64,000 nt of DNA, taken from Rhizomicrobium sp. (GTDB lineage: Bacteria; Pseudomonadota; Alphaproteobacteria; Micropepsales; Micropepsaceae). The first letter of the stretch is position 1; each line of letters opens with the position of its first letter. The position numbers and the translations under genes are program-made. Where the stretch lies: contig DATAYG010000079.1 in the NCBI GenBank assembly GCA_036272695.1, positions 11,214 through 75,213 of the forward strand, in the 5' to 3' direction. Shown piece by piece: positions 1 through 9,259 of the stretch. The notes under the pieces were generated by a model. It was not told the origin of the DNA and searched no databases. It saw only the letters and a program-made list of their open reading frames with translations.

Positions 1-575
1 ATCGGCAGCGGCGCAAAGCTCGGATGCAGCACCACGGGCTTCAGTGCCCGCCAGTACTTGTGCAGATCGATCACCGGGACAAAAGGGAAGAGACGGTAGC
101 CGAGCAGTGCCACAAGCAGCAGGCAAGCGACGGACTGGCCGGGCAAGAGTCCGCGAAAGGCGCGGCGCCGCTCCTCACCGACCGCCATGCCGGCCAGCCC
201 GCCGAGCCATGTCCCGAGCGTGTTGAGGTACAGATCCGACATGTTCGTGACGCGGCCCGCGTCATAGAATTGCGCGAGCTCGATACCGGTGCACAGCAGC
301 AATCCGAACAAGGTCACGGCCAGCAAACGCCGCGGCGCGCGAAGCGCCTGCACACCGAAGAAACCCAACGGCAGGTAAAGCAGGATGTTGGCGACAAGAT
401 CGCCAAAGCTTGTCGGCGGCTTTGACCAGCTCGCCAGCAATGTCGCGACCGCTCCTGCGGACGCGCGCGGAACGCGGAATGCATAGGGATAAAGCGAGCC
501 GTGCACGATCACCACAACGACGCCCATCGAGACAAGCGCGAAACCGCGGTCGAGCCCAGATCGAGCCGCTTGCAT
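1..575 (-). CDS. VanZ-family membrane protein (runs off left edge)
   Basis: Absent from the ORF track (no stop in window). Manual translation from ATG at 575, directly after the TAG of the upstream gene: MQAARSGLDRGFALVSMGVVVIVHGSLYPY...DLVANILLYLPLGFF...CTGIELAQFY...RVTNMSDLYLNTLG, the VanZ pattern. Confidence 0.75.
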   Translation of the reverse strand, partial: MQAARSGLDRGFALVSMGVVVVIVHGSLYPYAFRVPRASAGAVATLLASWSKPPTSFGDLVANILLYLPLGFFGVQALRAPRRLLAVTLFGLLLCTGIELAQFYDAGRVTNMSDLYLNTLGTWLGGLAGMAVGEERRRAFRGLLPGQSVACLLLVALLGYRLFPFVPVIDLHKYWRALKPVVLHPSFAPLP

Positions 576-1196
576 CTATCGTCGCTCCTGCGGCAAGCCG
601 ACAGCCGCCGGATTCTCGCGCACGCAATGTTCCGTAATAATCGTGTTCATCGGGCGGTCGTGGGGCTGCGGATGGATGGTTGAGAGCCGCGAGAATTCGA
701 AGCCGACACCGACAGACAGCGGCGAGGCGTCGTAGGCCGCAAGCGTGGCATCGTAATAGCCTGCACCATAGCCGAGGCGATATCCGGCATCGTCGAAACC
801 GACCAGCGGGACGATCAACGCGGGGGGCTGAACCGACGGCCCGTTCGCCGGATGGGGGATATTCCAGACGCCCGGTTCCATTTCGGCGTCTTCGTTCCAG
901 CACCGGAACTCAAGCGGCCGGCCGCGGCCGATGACAACCGGAAGCGCCACGCGGCCGCCGCTGCGGAGCACCTCGCGCATATAGGGGACAGAGTTGAACT
1001 CCCGCCGAAAGGGCCAGTAACAGCCAATCAATTCGTGGCTGTCGGGCGGCAGGACGGTGAGAAGCGCACTCATGATCATCTCACCGGCGCAGCGATGCTC
1101 GGCGGGCGTCATGGCTCTGCGGCGATCGAGCAGGCGCGCGCGCTCCTGCTTCCGCCATTCCCGAACATTGAATGGTTGTTCGGAGCCCTGGGTCAT
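576..1196 (-). CDS. ygfA: 5-formyltetrahydrofolate cyclo-ligase (YgfA/Fau family)
   Basis: YWPFRREF, VALPVV and LIVPLVGFDDAGYRLGYGAGYYDATL...HDRPMNTIITE motifs. Confidence 0.9.
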   Translation of the reverse strand: MTQGSEQPFNVREWRKQERARLLDRRRAMTPAEHRCAGEMIMSALLTVLPPDSHELIGCYWPFRREFNSVPYMREVLRSGGRVALPVVIGRGRPLEFRCWNEDAEMEPGVWNIPHPANGPSVQPPALIVPLVGFDDAGYRLGYGAGYYDATLAAYDASPLSVGVGFEFSRLSTIHPQPHDRPMNTIITEHCVRENPAAVGLPQERR

Positions 1197-1606
1197 GAAT
1201 CGAGATTGCCCCAGGACCGTATGTGCCGAATGCGTATGACGATGACCGCCGACAGGTGCATCGCCGCATATTGCTTATAACGGCTCCGAAGCAGCCGGAT
1301 CGCCTCGGTACGTTGCGGTCCGTCGGAAAGCAGTTCTGCCGTGCCGTCAATTCGGATCCAGCCGAGACGCGACCAGTCTTCCTCGTAGTGATCCGCGAGA
1401 AATGTCACGTTTGGATTTTCGAGGATATTCCGCAGCCGCCTGAGCAACTGCCCGCTTTTCGGCTTCTCGTCTATCGCCGTGTAGAGCGCTTGTTCATGCA
1501 CGACAAAACAGACGGGCACCAGATGCGGGTTGCCGGAATGACCGGCGGTTGCCAGATGGCCGATGCGGCGGTGCGTCAGGAATTCGCGTTCGATGTCAGA
1601 CAGCAT
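1193..1606 (-). CDS. PPOX-class (pyridoxamine 5'-phosphate oxidase-like) putative F420-dependent oxidoreductase
   Basis: Likely start ATG 1606 (MLSDIEREFLTHRRIGHLATAG); PHLVPVCFV...LYTAIDEKPK...RRLRNILENPNV...DHYEEDWSRLGWIRIDG. Confidence 0.75.
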   Translation of the reverse strand: MLSDIEREFLTHRRIGHLATAGHSGNPHLVPVCFVVHEQALYTAIDEKPKSGQLLRRLRNILENPNVTFLADHYEEDWSRLGWIRIDGTAELLSDGPQRTEAIRLLRSRYKQYAAMHLSAVIVIRIRHIRSWGNLDS

Positions 1607-1607
1607 T

Positions 1608-2351
1608 TCATCCGCGCAGATTCTGTTTGGCGATATTGACCCATTCGCGCTGGCGCCGGCGATAATAGCCAGGCGCATCGCGCATGGCGTCGACGATTTC
1701 GCGGAATAGCTTTTCCGCACCGGCCCGGTCGCCCATGTCCTGCAGGAGCAAGGCATAGCGGCACCGAGCCTCCTCGCCGGGATAGACCGGGATGAGTGAC
1801 TGATATTCGGCCGTTGCCGCTTCATCCTTGCCTTGCAGCGCTAGTGCGCGCGCATAGTCGAGCCTTGCATCGACGGTGAAATCCGCCGGCGATACGGATT
1901 TCAGGGATTCGAACGCCGTCTGTGCGCCGGAGGCGTCGCCGGCGAGCAATCTGGCGCGCGCAAGCCCGTGCAACAGCGCCGGGTCCTCGGAATGCGCGCC
2001 CCCGATTGCACTCGCATAAAGGTCAACCGCCTCCTGATACCGGCCGCGCTTGATGCATTCCTCTGCGAACACGCGTTTGGACTGCGCCGAGCCGATCGTC
2101 TCGACATCGCGCTTCTTGCGGCTGTAAGTCGCTCCGGAATCGGCCAGGCCGGCCGCGTCGTCAAATATGCGCCGCACCGGCGCATGTCCGCGCACCGCAT
2201 CCGGCAGCACCCCAAATAACATGTAGGCGATACATCCCAACCATGGCACAAACATGATCGGCAAAATCCAGATCCAGGGGCGATCGGTGCGGATCACATG
2301 CGCCGCACAGCCGAGCTGTACCAACAGGGTGATGATATAAAAATACGACAT
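1608..2351 (-). CDS. Membrane-anchored tetratricopeptide-repeat protein
   Basis: Two N-terminal hydrophobic helices (HVIRTDRPWIWILPIMFVPWLGCIAY), then TPR-like A/L/Y helical repeats. Confidence 0.7.
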   Translation of the reverse strand: MSYFYIITLLVQLGCAAHVIRTDRPWIWILPIMFVPWLGCIAYMLFGVLPDAVRGHAPVRRIFDDAAGLADSGATYSRKKRDVETIGSAQSKRVFAEECIKRGRYQEAVDLYASAIGGAHSEDPALLHGLARARLLAGDASGAQTAFESLKSVSPADFTVDARLDYARALALQGKDEAATAEYQSLIPVYPGEEARCRYALLLQDMGDRAGAEKLFREIVDAMRDAPGYYRRRQREWVNIAKQNLRG

Positions 2352-2377
2352 TCCCTCGGTCCGGTTTTACCGTCTTC

Positions 2378-2839
2378 TCAGGCCTGTTTTTCCCAGCGGC
2401 CGCCCGCCGACTGCCGCCAATAGGTGGCGTCATGCCCGCTCTGCCGTGCAGCGGACCAGGCCGTCCGCGCCCCCGAAAGCGCGGATGCATCGCGACCGTC
2501 GAATAAAACAACTATTCGTTTGAACTCCGTCGCTTCGCCATCCCACGATCGGGGCGCCATGCCGCCGACGAGGAACAGCACATCCGCCCGGCCGGGATTG
2601 ACGTCCTCGACCGCGATCAGCACAGGTTGCTTCGCCGGATCGCCGTCACCGGCTTGCGCATGCGGCAGGAAACTCTCTTCACTCCATGTCCATAAGAGAT
2701 TGTCGATCGCCTGCGCGCGCTCGGCCGAATCCGCGCGGATCAGCGCGCGCCAGCCCCGCGCCAGGGTGCGTTCGACAAGCCCGGGCAGAACTTCGTCGAG
2801 AGACTGCCGTTCGAGATGATAGAAGAGCACTTCACTCAT
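2378..2839 (-). CDS. holC: DNA polymerase III subunit chi
   Basis: MSEVLFYHLER...LWTWSEESFLPH...WRQSAGGRWEKQA; adjacent to pepA as usual. Confidence 0.92.
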   Translation of the reverse strand: MSEVLFYHLERQSLDEVLPGLVERTLARGWRALIRADSAERAQAIDNLLWTWSEESFLPHAQAGDGDPAKQPVLIAVEDVNPGRADVLFLVGGMAPRSWDGEATEFKRIVVLFDGRDASALSGARTAWSAARQSGHDATYWRQSAGGRWEKQA

Positions 2840-2877
2840 ATGGTGACTTCAAGGCGCATCGCGGCGCGGTCGCCCTG

Positions 2878-4374
2878 CTATTTCTCGTAATTATCGGCGA
2901 TCAGGCGATCTAACACCCGCACGCCCCATCCCGTGCCCCAGGACGGTGCCAGTTCCTTGTGCTCGCCATCCTGCCAGGCGACGCCGGCGATATCGAGATG
3001 CGCCCAGGGGGTCTTGTTCACGAAGCGCTGGAGGAATTGCGCGGCGGTGATCGAGCCCGCGTTCGGACCGCCGATATTCTTCATGTCGGCGATCTTCGAC
3101 TTGAGCAGTTTGTCATAGCCATCGCCGAGCGGAAGACGCCAGGCGGGCTCGCCGACCGCCCGCGCCGCGTTGGTAATCTGCTCTGCGAGCGCGTCGTCGT
3201 TGGAAAATAGTCCGGCATGCTCGTGCCCAAGCGCCACCAGGATGGCGCCGGTGAGCGTAGCGAGATCGATCACGCATTTCGGTTTGAGCTGCGATTGCGC
3301 GTACCAGAGCGCGTCGGCAAGGACCAGACGCCCCTCCGCATCCGTATTCAGGACCTCTATCGTCTGCCCCGACATCGACTTCACGACGTCGTCGGGACGC
3401 TGCGCTTTGCCGTCGGGCATATTCTCGACGAGCCCGACCACGCCCACCACATTCGCGCGCGCCTTGCGCGCCGCAAGCGCCTGGATTGTCCCGGCGACGG
3501 CCGCGGCACCACCCATATCGCCCTTCATGCCCATCATCCCGGCGCCGCTCTTGAGCGACAGACCGCCGGAATCGAAGCAGACGCCCTTGCCGACGAGCGC
3601 GACTGGCGCCGCCTCGGCCTTCTTCGCGCCGTTCCACTGCATCACGACGAGCTTGCTCTCGCGCTCGCTGCCCTGCCCGACTCCCAGCAGCGCCCCCATG
3701 CCGAGCTTTTTCATTTCCGCTTCGCCGAGGACACGCACCTCTACGCCAAGCTTCGACAGCGACTGCACCCGCTTCGCGAATTCCTCGGGCGAGAGCACAT
3801 TGGGGGGCTCGTTGACGAGATCGCGCGCCAAGAACACTCCTTCCGCGACCGCATCCATCGCGGCGAAGGTGCGCTTCGCGGCCTGCGGATCGGACGTCGC
3901 AACCGCAATTTCCTTCAGCGTCGGTTCGTGTTCGTCCCGGTCTTTCGTGCGGTACCGGTTGAAGGTGTAGCAGCGCAATCGCGCGCCCATAGCGAGATGC
4001 GATGCCAGCATCACCCCCTCGGCAGGAGCTCCCTCCGGAGCGTCGATTGCAAAGGTGAGCGCCGTTTCCCCGTTCGCGAACAGTTTTCCCACCACGCCGG
4101 CCGCGACCCGCTCGGCCGCCAGCGCGTCGAATTTTTCCGGCTTGCCGAGACCGGCAAGCAGCAGCCGCGACGCCTTGAGCCCGGCCGGCGCAACGACCTC
4201 CAGAATCTGTCCGGGCTTTCCCGAAAACCGGCTGACAGCCATGGCCCTCTTGATTGCACCGCCCGACAGACGGTCGGCTTCCGACGCCTGACCCGAAAGC
4301 TTGCCGCCTTCAGGTACCCCCAACGCGATGGCTCCGGTGCCGGTCAGTGACGGCGGCACGAACTTTATTTGCAT
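2878..4374 (-). CDS. pepA: Leucyl aminopeptidase (M17)
   Basis: LVGKGVCFDSGGLSLK, MKGDMGGAA and NTDAEGRLVLAD motifs. Confidence 0.97.
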   Translation of the reverse strand: MQIKFVPPSLTGTGAIALGVPEGGKLSGQASEADRLSGGAIKRAMAVSRFSGKPGQILEVVAPAGLKASRLLLAGLGKPEKFDALAAERVAAGVVGKLFANGETALTFAIDAPEGAPAEGVMLASHLAMGARLRCYTFNRYRTKDRDEHEPTLKEIAVATSDPQAAKRTFAAMDAVAEGVFLARDLVNEPPNVLSPEEFAKRVQSLSKLGVEVRVLGEAEMKKLGMGALLGVGQGSERESKLVVMQWNGAKKAEAAPVALVGKGVCFDSGGLSLKSGAGMMGMKGDMGGAAAVAGTIQALAARKARANVVGVVGLVENMPDGKAQRPDDVVKSMSGQTIEVLNTDAEGRLVLADALWYAQSQLKPKCVIDLATLTGAILVALGHEHAGLFSNDDALAEQITNAARAVGEPAWRLPLGDGYDKLLKSKIADMKNIGGPNAGSITAAQFLQRFVNKTPWAHLDIAGVAWQDGEHKELAPSWGTGWGVRVLDRLIADNYEK

Positions 4375-4570
4375 GAACGACCTCGCGAGATGTTCTAAGG
4401 TTGGGGATTGCGGGTGAATGGCGGGACGGTGCTAGTTTAGAGCCAATTGCAAACCGGGCGAAAGAGCGGGTTTTCCGCCTGCACCCGGGCTGCGGTGGAC
4501 ATGGATATCCTCCGGACCCTGCCGCAGCTTCAGCGAAAGCAGGCAGGCAGCCTCGCCCAAAGGTCAGTTT

Positions 4571-5797
4571 ATGCCGCATCTCTCCCGTTATGTGCTGCGT
4601 CAGCTGGTCGGCCCGGTCGCCCTTTTCATTTTTCTTCTGACCTGCGTGATCTGGCTTTCACAATCGCTGCGATTGCTCGACCTCGTGATCAACCGCGGCC
4701 AGTCGGCGCCCACATTCTTCTATCTCACACTGCTGATGCTGCCGAGCCTTCTGGTCGTAATCCTGCCCATCGCCTATTTTGCCGGGACGCTTTATGGCCT
4801 TCACAAGCTCAACGCCGACAGCGAGCTGACGGTCATGTCGGCCGCAGGCTTCAGCCGCAGCCAGCTCCTGACCCCGATTTTGATCGCAGCCACCGTGGTG
4901 ATGATGGCGACCTTGTTTTGCAGCCTTTATCTCATGCCGTTCTGCCAGCGCCTGATGAAGGACAAGGAGATCGATATCCGTGCCGATATCGGCGCCGCCA
5001 TTCTCAATGAAGGGCAGTTCAACACGCCCGCGCAGGGACTCACGGTTTTCATGCGCGAGCTGTCGCCCGATGGACATCTCCGCGGCGTGCTCGTGCATGA
5101 CGAGCGCGATAGACTGCATCCTACAACTTACCTCGCCGAGAGCGGCGCTCTGGCTCAGACCCCCGCCGGCGCCAGGCTTATCATGCTCGATGGCACGATC
5201 GAGCAAAGCACGCCTGAAGGACCCTGCCGCAATGCTGCGCCGCCACGCCCGCACGCCCCTCACAGCCTTCACGGGAACCTTCCGAAATGCCCGCCCGGGT
5301 TGCGTCACGCGCCGCCGTCGCTCTCGGTGCTGAAATTTCAACGCTACGTGTTTGATCTCGATCAGTTCGGCGGACGCCAGCAGGATGCCGAGCTGCGCAC
5401 CAGCGAGCGCTATCTGGGCGAATTGCTATGGCCCAGTTCGACAAAGCCCCTGAAGCCGGAAGCCCGCCGCGTCTATTTCGCGGAAGCCAATAACCGTCTG
5501 GCGGCGCCGCTATATTGCCCCGCCTTCGCGCTGATCGCCTTCGCGGCCGTGACGCTCGGCCGGCGCGGCCGCGGCGTCTATGCCTTGCGGCTGGTCTCGG
5601 CATCGATGCTCGCGGCGGGATTGCGTATCGCCGGCTACGGCGTACTGGGGCTCGGCGTGCGATCGCCTATATTGTGCGCGCTGTTCTATCTTATTCCGTT
5701 GCTCGCCGGAGCCGCGGCTTTGGCCGAGATCGCCGGCTATGATCTCGCCTGGATTCGCGCCCGTCTTCGTCCCCGGATTCTCGAGCCCGTTACATGA
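4571..5797 (+). CDS. lptF: LPS export ABC transporter permease LptF
   Basis: YVLRQL...WLSQSLRLLDL...DSELTVMSAAGFS; divergent from pepA and first of lptF-lptG-lptD. Confidence 0.9.
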   Translation: MPHLSRYVLRQLVGPVALFIFLLTCVIWLSQSLRLLDLVINRGQSAPTFFYLTLLMLPSLLVVILPIAYFAGTLYGLHKLNADSELTVMSAAGFSRSQLLTPILIAATVVMMATLFCSLYLMPFCQRLMKDKEIDIRADIGAAILNEGQFNTPAQGLTVFMRELSPDGHLRGVLVHDERDRLHPTTYLAESGALAQTPAGARLIMLDGTIEQSTPEGPCRNAAPPRPHAPHSLHGNLPKCPPGLRHAPPSLSVLKFQRYVFDLDQFGGRQQDAELRTSERYLGELLWPSSTKPLKPEARRVYFAEANNRLAAPLYCPAFALIAFAAVTLGRRGRGVYALRLVSASMLAAGLRIAGYGVLGLGVRSPILCALFYLIPLLAGAAALAEIAGYDLAWIRARLRPRILEPVT

Positions 5798-6885
5798 GCT
5801 GGTCCTGGACTCTCTATCAGTATCTGGCGCGCCAGTTCCTGGTGGCGGTCGGCATCATGTTCGCCGGCTTTGCCTTCCTGTCCTTTTCCATCGATCTCGT
5901 CGATCTTCTCGACCGGACGGGCGACAGACATGTCCCCACGATTGCTGTCGTCGCCATGGCTTTGCTGCAGCTGCCTGACCTGGCGCTGAAGCTATTGCCG
6001 TTCGCCGTTCTTCTCGGGGGCATCTTTGCTTTCGTTCGACTCTCACGCAGCCATGAGCTGCAGGCGATCCGCGCCGCCGGCGTCTCCGCCTGGAATCTTC
6101 TCGTTGCTCCGCTCAGTGTGGCGCTTGCTTTAGGCGTAGTCGCGGTCGTGGCATTTACGCCGCTCGCGTCGGGCCTTCTTGTGCAGTATTCGGAAATGGA
6201 AGCCAGGTTGATCCGGGGACAGGCTTCGCAGCTCGCCATTTCGTCGAACGGTCTGTGGCTGCGGCAGGGCGACGCAAAGGCGCAGTCGGTGATCCACGCC
6301 TTGCGCGTCTCCGATCAGGGCGTGAAGCTCGAAGATGTAACGATCTTCCTTTACGGCGCCGCCGACAATTTCCTGGGCCGCATCGATGCGCGCTCGGCTG
6401 CGCTCGGCAAAGGCAGCTGGACGCTTGACGATGCCTGGATCAGCGGCACGACCGCGCAGCTCCACCACTACCCGACCTATCATCTTCCGACCAGGCTTAC
6501 GCCCACGCGCATTCAGGAAAGTTTCGCGGCGCCGGATACGCTGTCGTTCTGGGCATTGCCGGGATTCATCGAAACCGCGCGCCAGGCCGGCTTCTCTGCG
6601 ACGCGCTATCTGCTCTACTATGATTCGCTGCTGATGCTGCCGGCGATGTTCGCCGCCATGGTCCTGATCGCCGCAAGTTTCTCGCTGCGGCTTGCCCGGC
6701 TTGGCGGCCTTGGGCGGATCATTATCCTTGGTACGCTTGCGGGTTTTGGTGTCTATTTTCTCAGCGCGCTAACGCGGGCGTTGGGTGAATCCGGAATACT
6801 GCCTGTTCCGCTTGCCGCGGCAGCACCGGCCAGCGTTGCAATCCTTCTGGGAATGACGCTCCTGTTCCACCAGGAGGATGGCTGA
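5794..6885 (+). CDS. lptG: LPS export ABC transporter permease LptG
   Basis: LYQYLARQF...RLSRSHELQAIRAAGVSAW...LWLRQG...LLFHQEDG; ATGA overlap with lptF. Confidence 0.92.
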   Translation: MSWSWTLYQYLARQFLVAVGIMFAGFAFLSFSIDLVDLLDRTGDRHVPTIAVVAMALLQLPDLALKLLPFAVLLGGIFAFVRLSRSHELQAIRAAGVSAWNLLVAPLSVALALGVVAVVAFTPLASGLLVQYSEMEARLIRGQASQLAISSNGLWLRQGDAKAQSVIHALRVSDQGVKLEDVTIFLYGAADNFLGRIDARSAALGKGSWTLDDAWISGTTAQLHHYPTYHLPTRLTPTRIQESFAAPDTLSFWALPGFIETARQAGFSATRYLLYYDSLLMLPAMFAAMVLIAASFSLRLARLGGLGRIIILGTLAGFGVYFLSALTRALGESGILPVPLAAAAPASVAILLGMTLLFHQEDG

Positions 6886-6887
6886 CG

Positions 6888-9185
6888 ATGCGTCGCGGGG
6901 GGGCGTTTGCCCTGGCCGGATTGCTGCTCCTATCGGCTTCCGTCCAGGGTGCGCAGACGCCGGGGAACGGCACGCAGCAGCAAACCGTCTTTTCGAGCCG
7001 GACGATTCTGGGTAACGGCAACGGAGAGATGCTGCTCAAGGCCGACCACGTCGATTACGACCTGAACACGGGCGTGGCGACCGCGACCGGCAATGTTGAG
7101 ATCAACTACAACGGCCGCACACTGCTCGCCGACCGCGTGGTAAGCGACAAGAAAAATGACACCGTCACCGCGAGCGGCCATGTCGTGATCATGGCGCCCA
7201 ACGGCGATGTCGTCTTTGCCGAGCAGGCGCGGCTCTCCGATCGCATGAAAGACGGCGTCATCGAGAGTTTCTCGGCGCTGATCGGCCAGAACGGCCGGCT
7301 CGTTGCCGCGCGCGCGACGCGCATAGGTGGCGTACGGACCATCGCCAGCAATGCCGCCTATACGCCGTGCAAAATCTGCAATCAGCCGGGACAGCGCACG
7401 CCGGACTGGGAGGTGCTTGCGCCGCATGTCGTCTATGACGAGATACATCACCGCATCAACTACACGAACGCGGAAGTAAAACTCGAGGGCATCCCGGTGC
7501 TCTACACGCCGTTTTTCTCCAATGCCGATCCCACGGTGAAGCACCAGACCGGCCTGCTGATGCCGGATCTCGGCAGCAAGAGCACACTCGGTTATTACGC
7601 GCGCCTTCCCTATTACATCGCCTTCAACGACTCGCAGGACATGACGCTGGCGCCGCTGTTTTCCACGTTCGGCGGCGAGCAGCTCGAGGGAGAGTATCGT
7701 CAGCGCTGGGACGATGGCGGCATGTGGCTGCAGGGCAGCATCGCCAACGACCCCCATGCCGGCTCCAGGGAAAACCTCACCCAGAACTATGGGTCGTTGT
7801 TCGGCGCGGGTACCATTCCGATCGACAACATCTGGCATTTCGGCTATCAGGCCCAGCTCACCTCCTATGCGAGCTACCTCCAGCGCTACAGCATCAGCGA
7901 TTCCGACCGGCTGAACAATGATCTGTTCATCGAGGCGCTCGACGGCCGCAGCCGGTTCGCGATCACCGGCTATTTCTTCCAGGGCCTGCGCACGACCGAC
8001 GACAACAACCTGTTCCCGGTCGCGCTGCCGCTAATCGAATATAATTATATCCCGAGGCAGGACGTGTTCGGTGGAGATTTCCGTTTCGACCTCAGCACGA
8101 TCGCCATTTCGCGCCATGCCGGAGAGGACGACCAGCGGTTGACGGGCAATACACAATGGAGCCTGCCCTTCGTCACCGGCGACGGCCAGCTGATTACATT
8201 CCGGGCGGATGCGCGCGGCGACGTCTATCATACCGACAATGTCAACGCGTTCGGCGATACCGGCCTGTCCGACAGCCAGTACATCACCCGCGGCGCGCCC
8301 TATGCCGCGCTCGACTGGCGCTGGCCGTTTGTTTCGCCGGGCGCCTGGGGCATGACGGGCTTCGTTGTCGAGCCCATCGCCCAGGTGATTGCCGCGCCCT
8401 ATGGCGACAATCCGCAGGCCATTGCCAATGAAACCGGCTACAGCATCCTGCCCGCCGACTCGCTCACGACCGATTTCCAGCTCGACGCGACAAATATTTT
8501 CGATCTCGATCGCCTGAACTCGCACGATCTGGTCGAGAGCGGACCGAATGCGAATGTCGGGTTCCGCAGCCAGGCGCTGTTCCCGACCGGCTCGGTCGAT
8601 TTCCTGCTGGGCCAGGCCTACCGCCTCAAGCCCGATCCCGTCTTCGCCCCGGATTCGGGCTACGACGGAAAAACCTCCGATCTCGTCAGCAGCCTGGTGG
8701 TGAATTTTCAGCCCAATCTCAGCCTGAGCGACCGCATCGACGTGGATTCTTCGTCCGGAACGCTCGAGCGCAACGAAGCCTCGGTCAATGCGGTCTACGG
8801 ACGTTCATCTCTGGAAGTGAGTTACCTGAAGCTGCCTTCGGAAGAAGTCACGCTCGGCCTTGGCGCGCGCGAAGAAGTGAAGGCCCAGCTGCTGCTTGGC
8901 CTTTGGGGCCACTGGCTCGCCTACGCCGCGGGCGAGCGCGACCTTCATCCAATTCCATTGGAACCGAACGCCAAGACGACGAACATGATATCCCAGGAAT
9001 TGGGCTTCGGCTATGACGACGAGTGTCTCGGCTTCTCGCTATCCTACGAGCGCAATTTCACTGAGTTCCGCGAACTGCCGGCCTCGAGCTCGGTCCTGTT
9101 CCGCTTCACCCTGAAGACAAGCGAGGTTCCGGCGCAGCGTTCCGGCATTTTCCCGCAACATCTTTACGCTGCCACCCCGCTTTGA
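6888..9185 (+). CDS. lptD: LPS assembly protein LptD
   Basis: Signal peptide, OstA-like N-domain (ADHVDYD...ATGNVE), YTPCKIC, and C-terminal YDDECLGFSL barrel strand. Confidence 0.92.
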   Translation: MRRGGAFALAGLLLLSASVQGAQTPGNGTQQQTVFSSRTILGNGNGEMLLKADHVDYDLNTGVATATGNVEINYNGRTLLADRVVSDKKNDTVTASGHVVIMAPNGDVVFAEQARLSDRMKDGVIESFSALIGQNGRLVAARATRIGGVRTIASNAAYTPCKICNQPGQRTPDWEVLAPHVVYDEIHHRINYTNAEVKLEGIPVLYTPFFSNADPTVKHQTGLLMPDLGSKSTLGYYARLPYYIAFNDSQDMTLAPLFSTFGGEQLEGEYRQRWDDGGMWLQGSIANDPHAGSRENLTQNYGSLFGAGTIPIDNIWHFGYQAQLTSYASYLQRYSISDSDRLNNDLFIEALDGRSRFAITGYFFQGLRTTDDNNLFPVALPLIEYNYIPRQDVFGGDFRFDLSTIAISRHAGEDDQRLTGNTQWSLPFVTGDGQLITFRADARGDVYHTDNVNAFGDTGLSDSQYITRGAPYAALDWRWPFVSPGAWGMTGFVVEPIAQVIAAPYGDNPQAIANETGYSILPADSLTTDFQLDATNIFDLDRLNSHDLVESGPNANVGFRSQALFPTGSVDFLLGQAYRLKPDPVFAPDSGYDGKTSDLVSSLVVNFQPNLSLSDRIDVDSSSGTLERNEASVNAVYGRSSLEVSYLKLPSEEVTLGLGAREEVKAQLLLGLWGHWLAYAAGERDLHPIPLEPNAKTTNMISQELGFGYDDECLGFSLSYERNFTEFRELPASSSVLFRFTLKTSEVPAQRSGIFPQHLYAATPL

Positions 9186-9259
9186 CGGGCGGCCGGAAAT
9201 GCTTATTCTGCCTTCGCGATTCAGCCCTGCCGCGAGTTCGGCGGGACGGAGTTGATCGC

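Noticed and set aside
1197-1260. Expected 6S RNA (ssrS) upstream of ygfA
   Set aside because: The upstream region is fully occupied by the overlapping PPOX gene; there is no room for a ~160-nt RNA.
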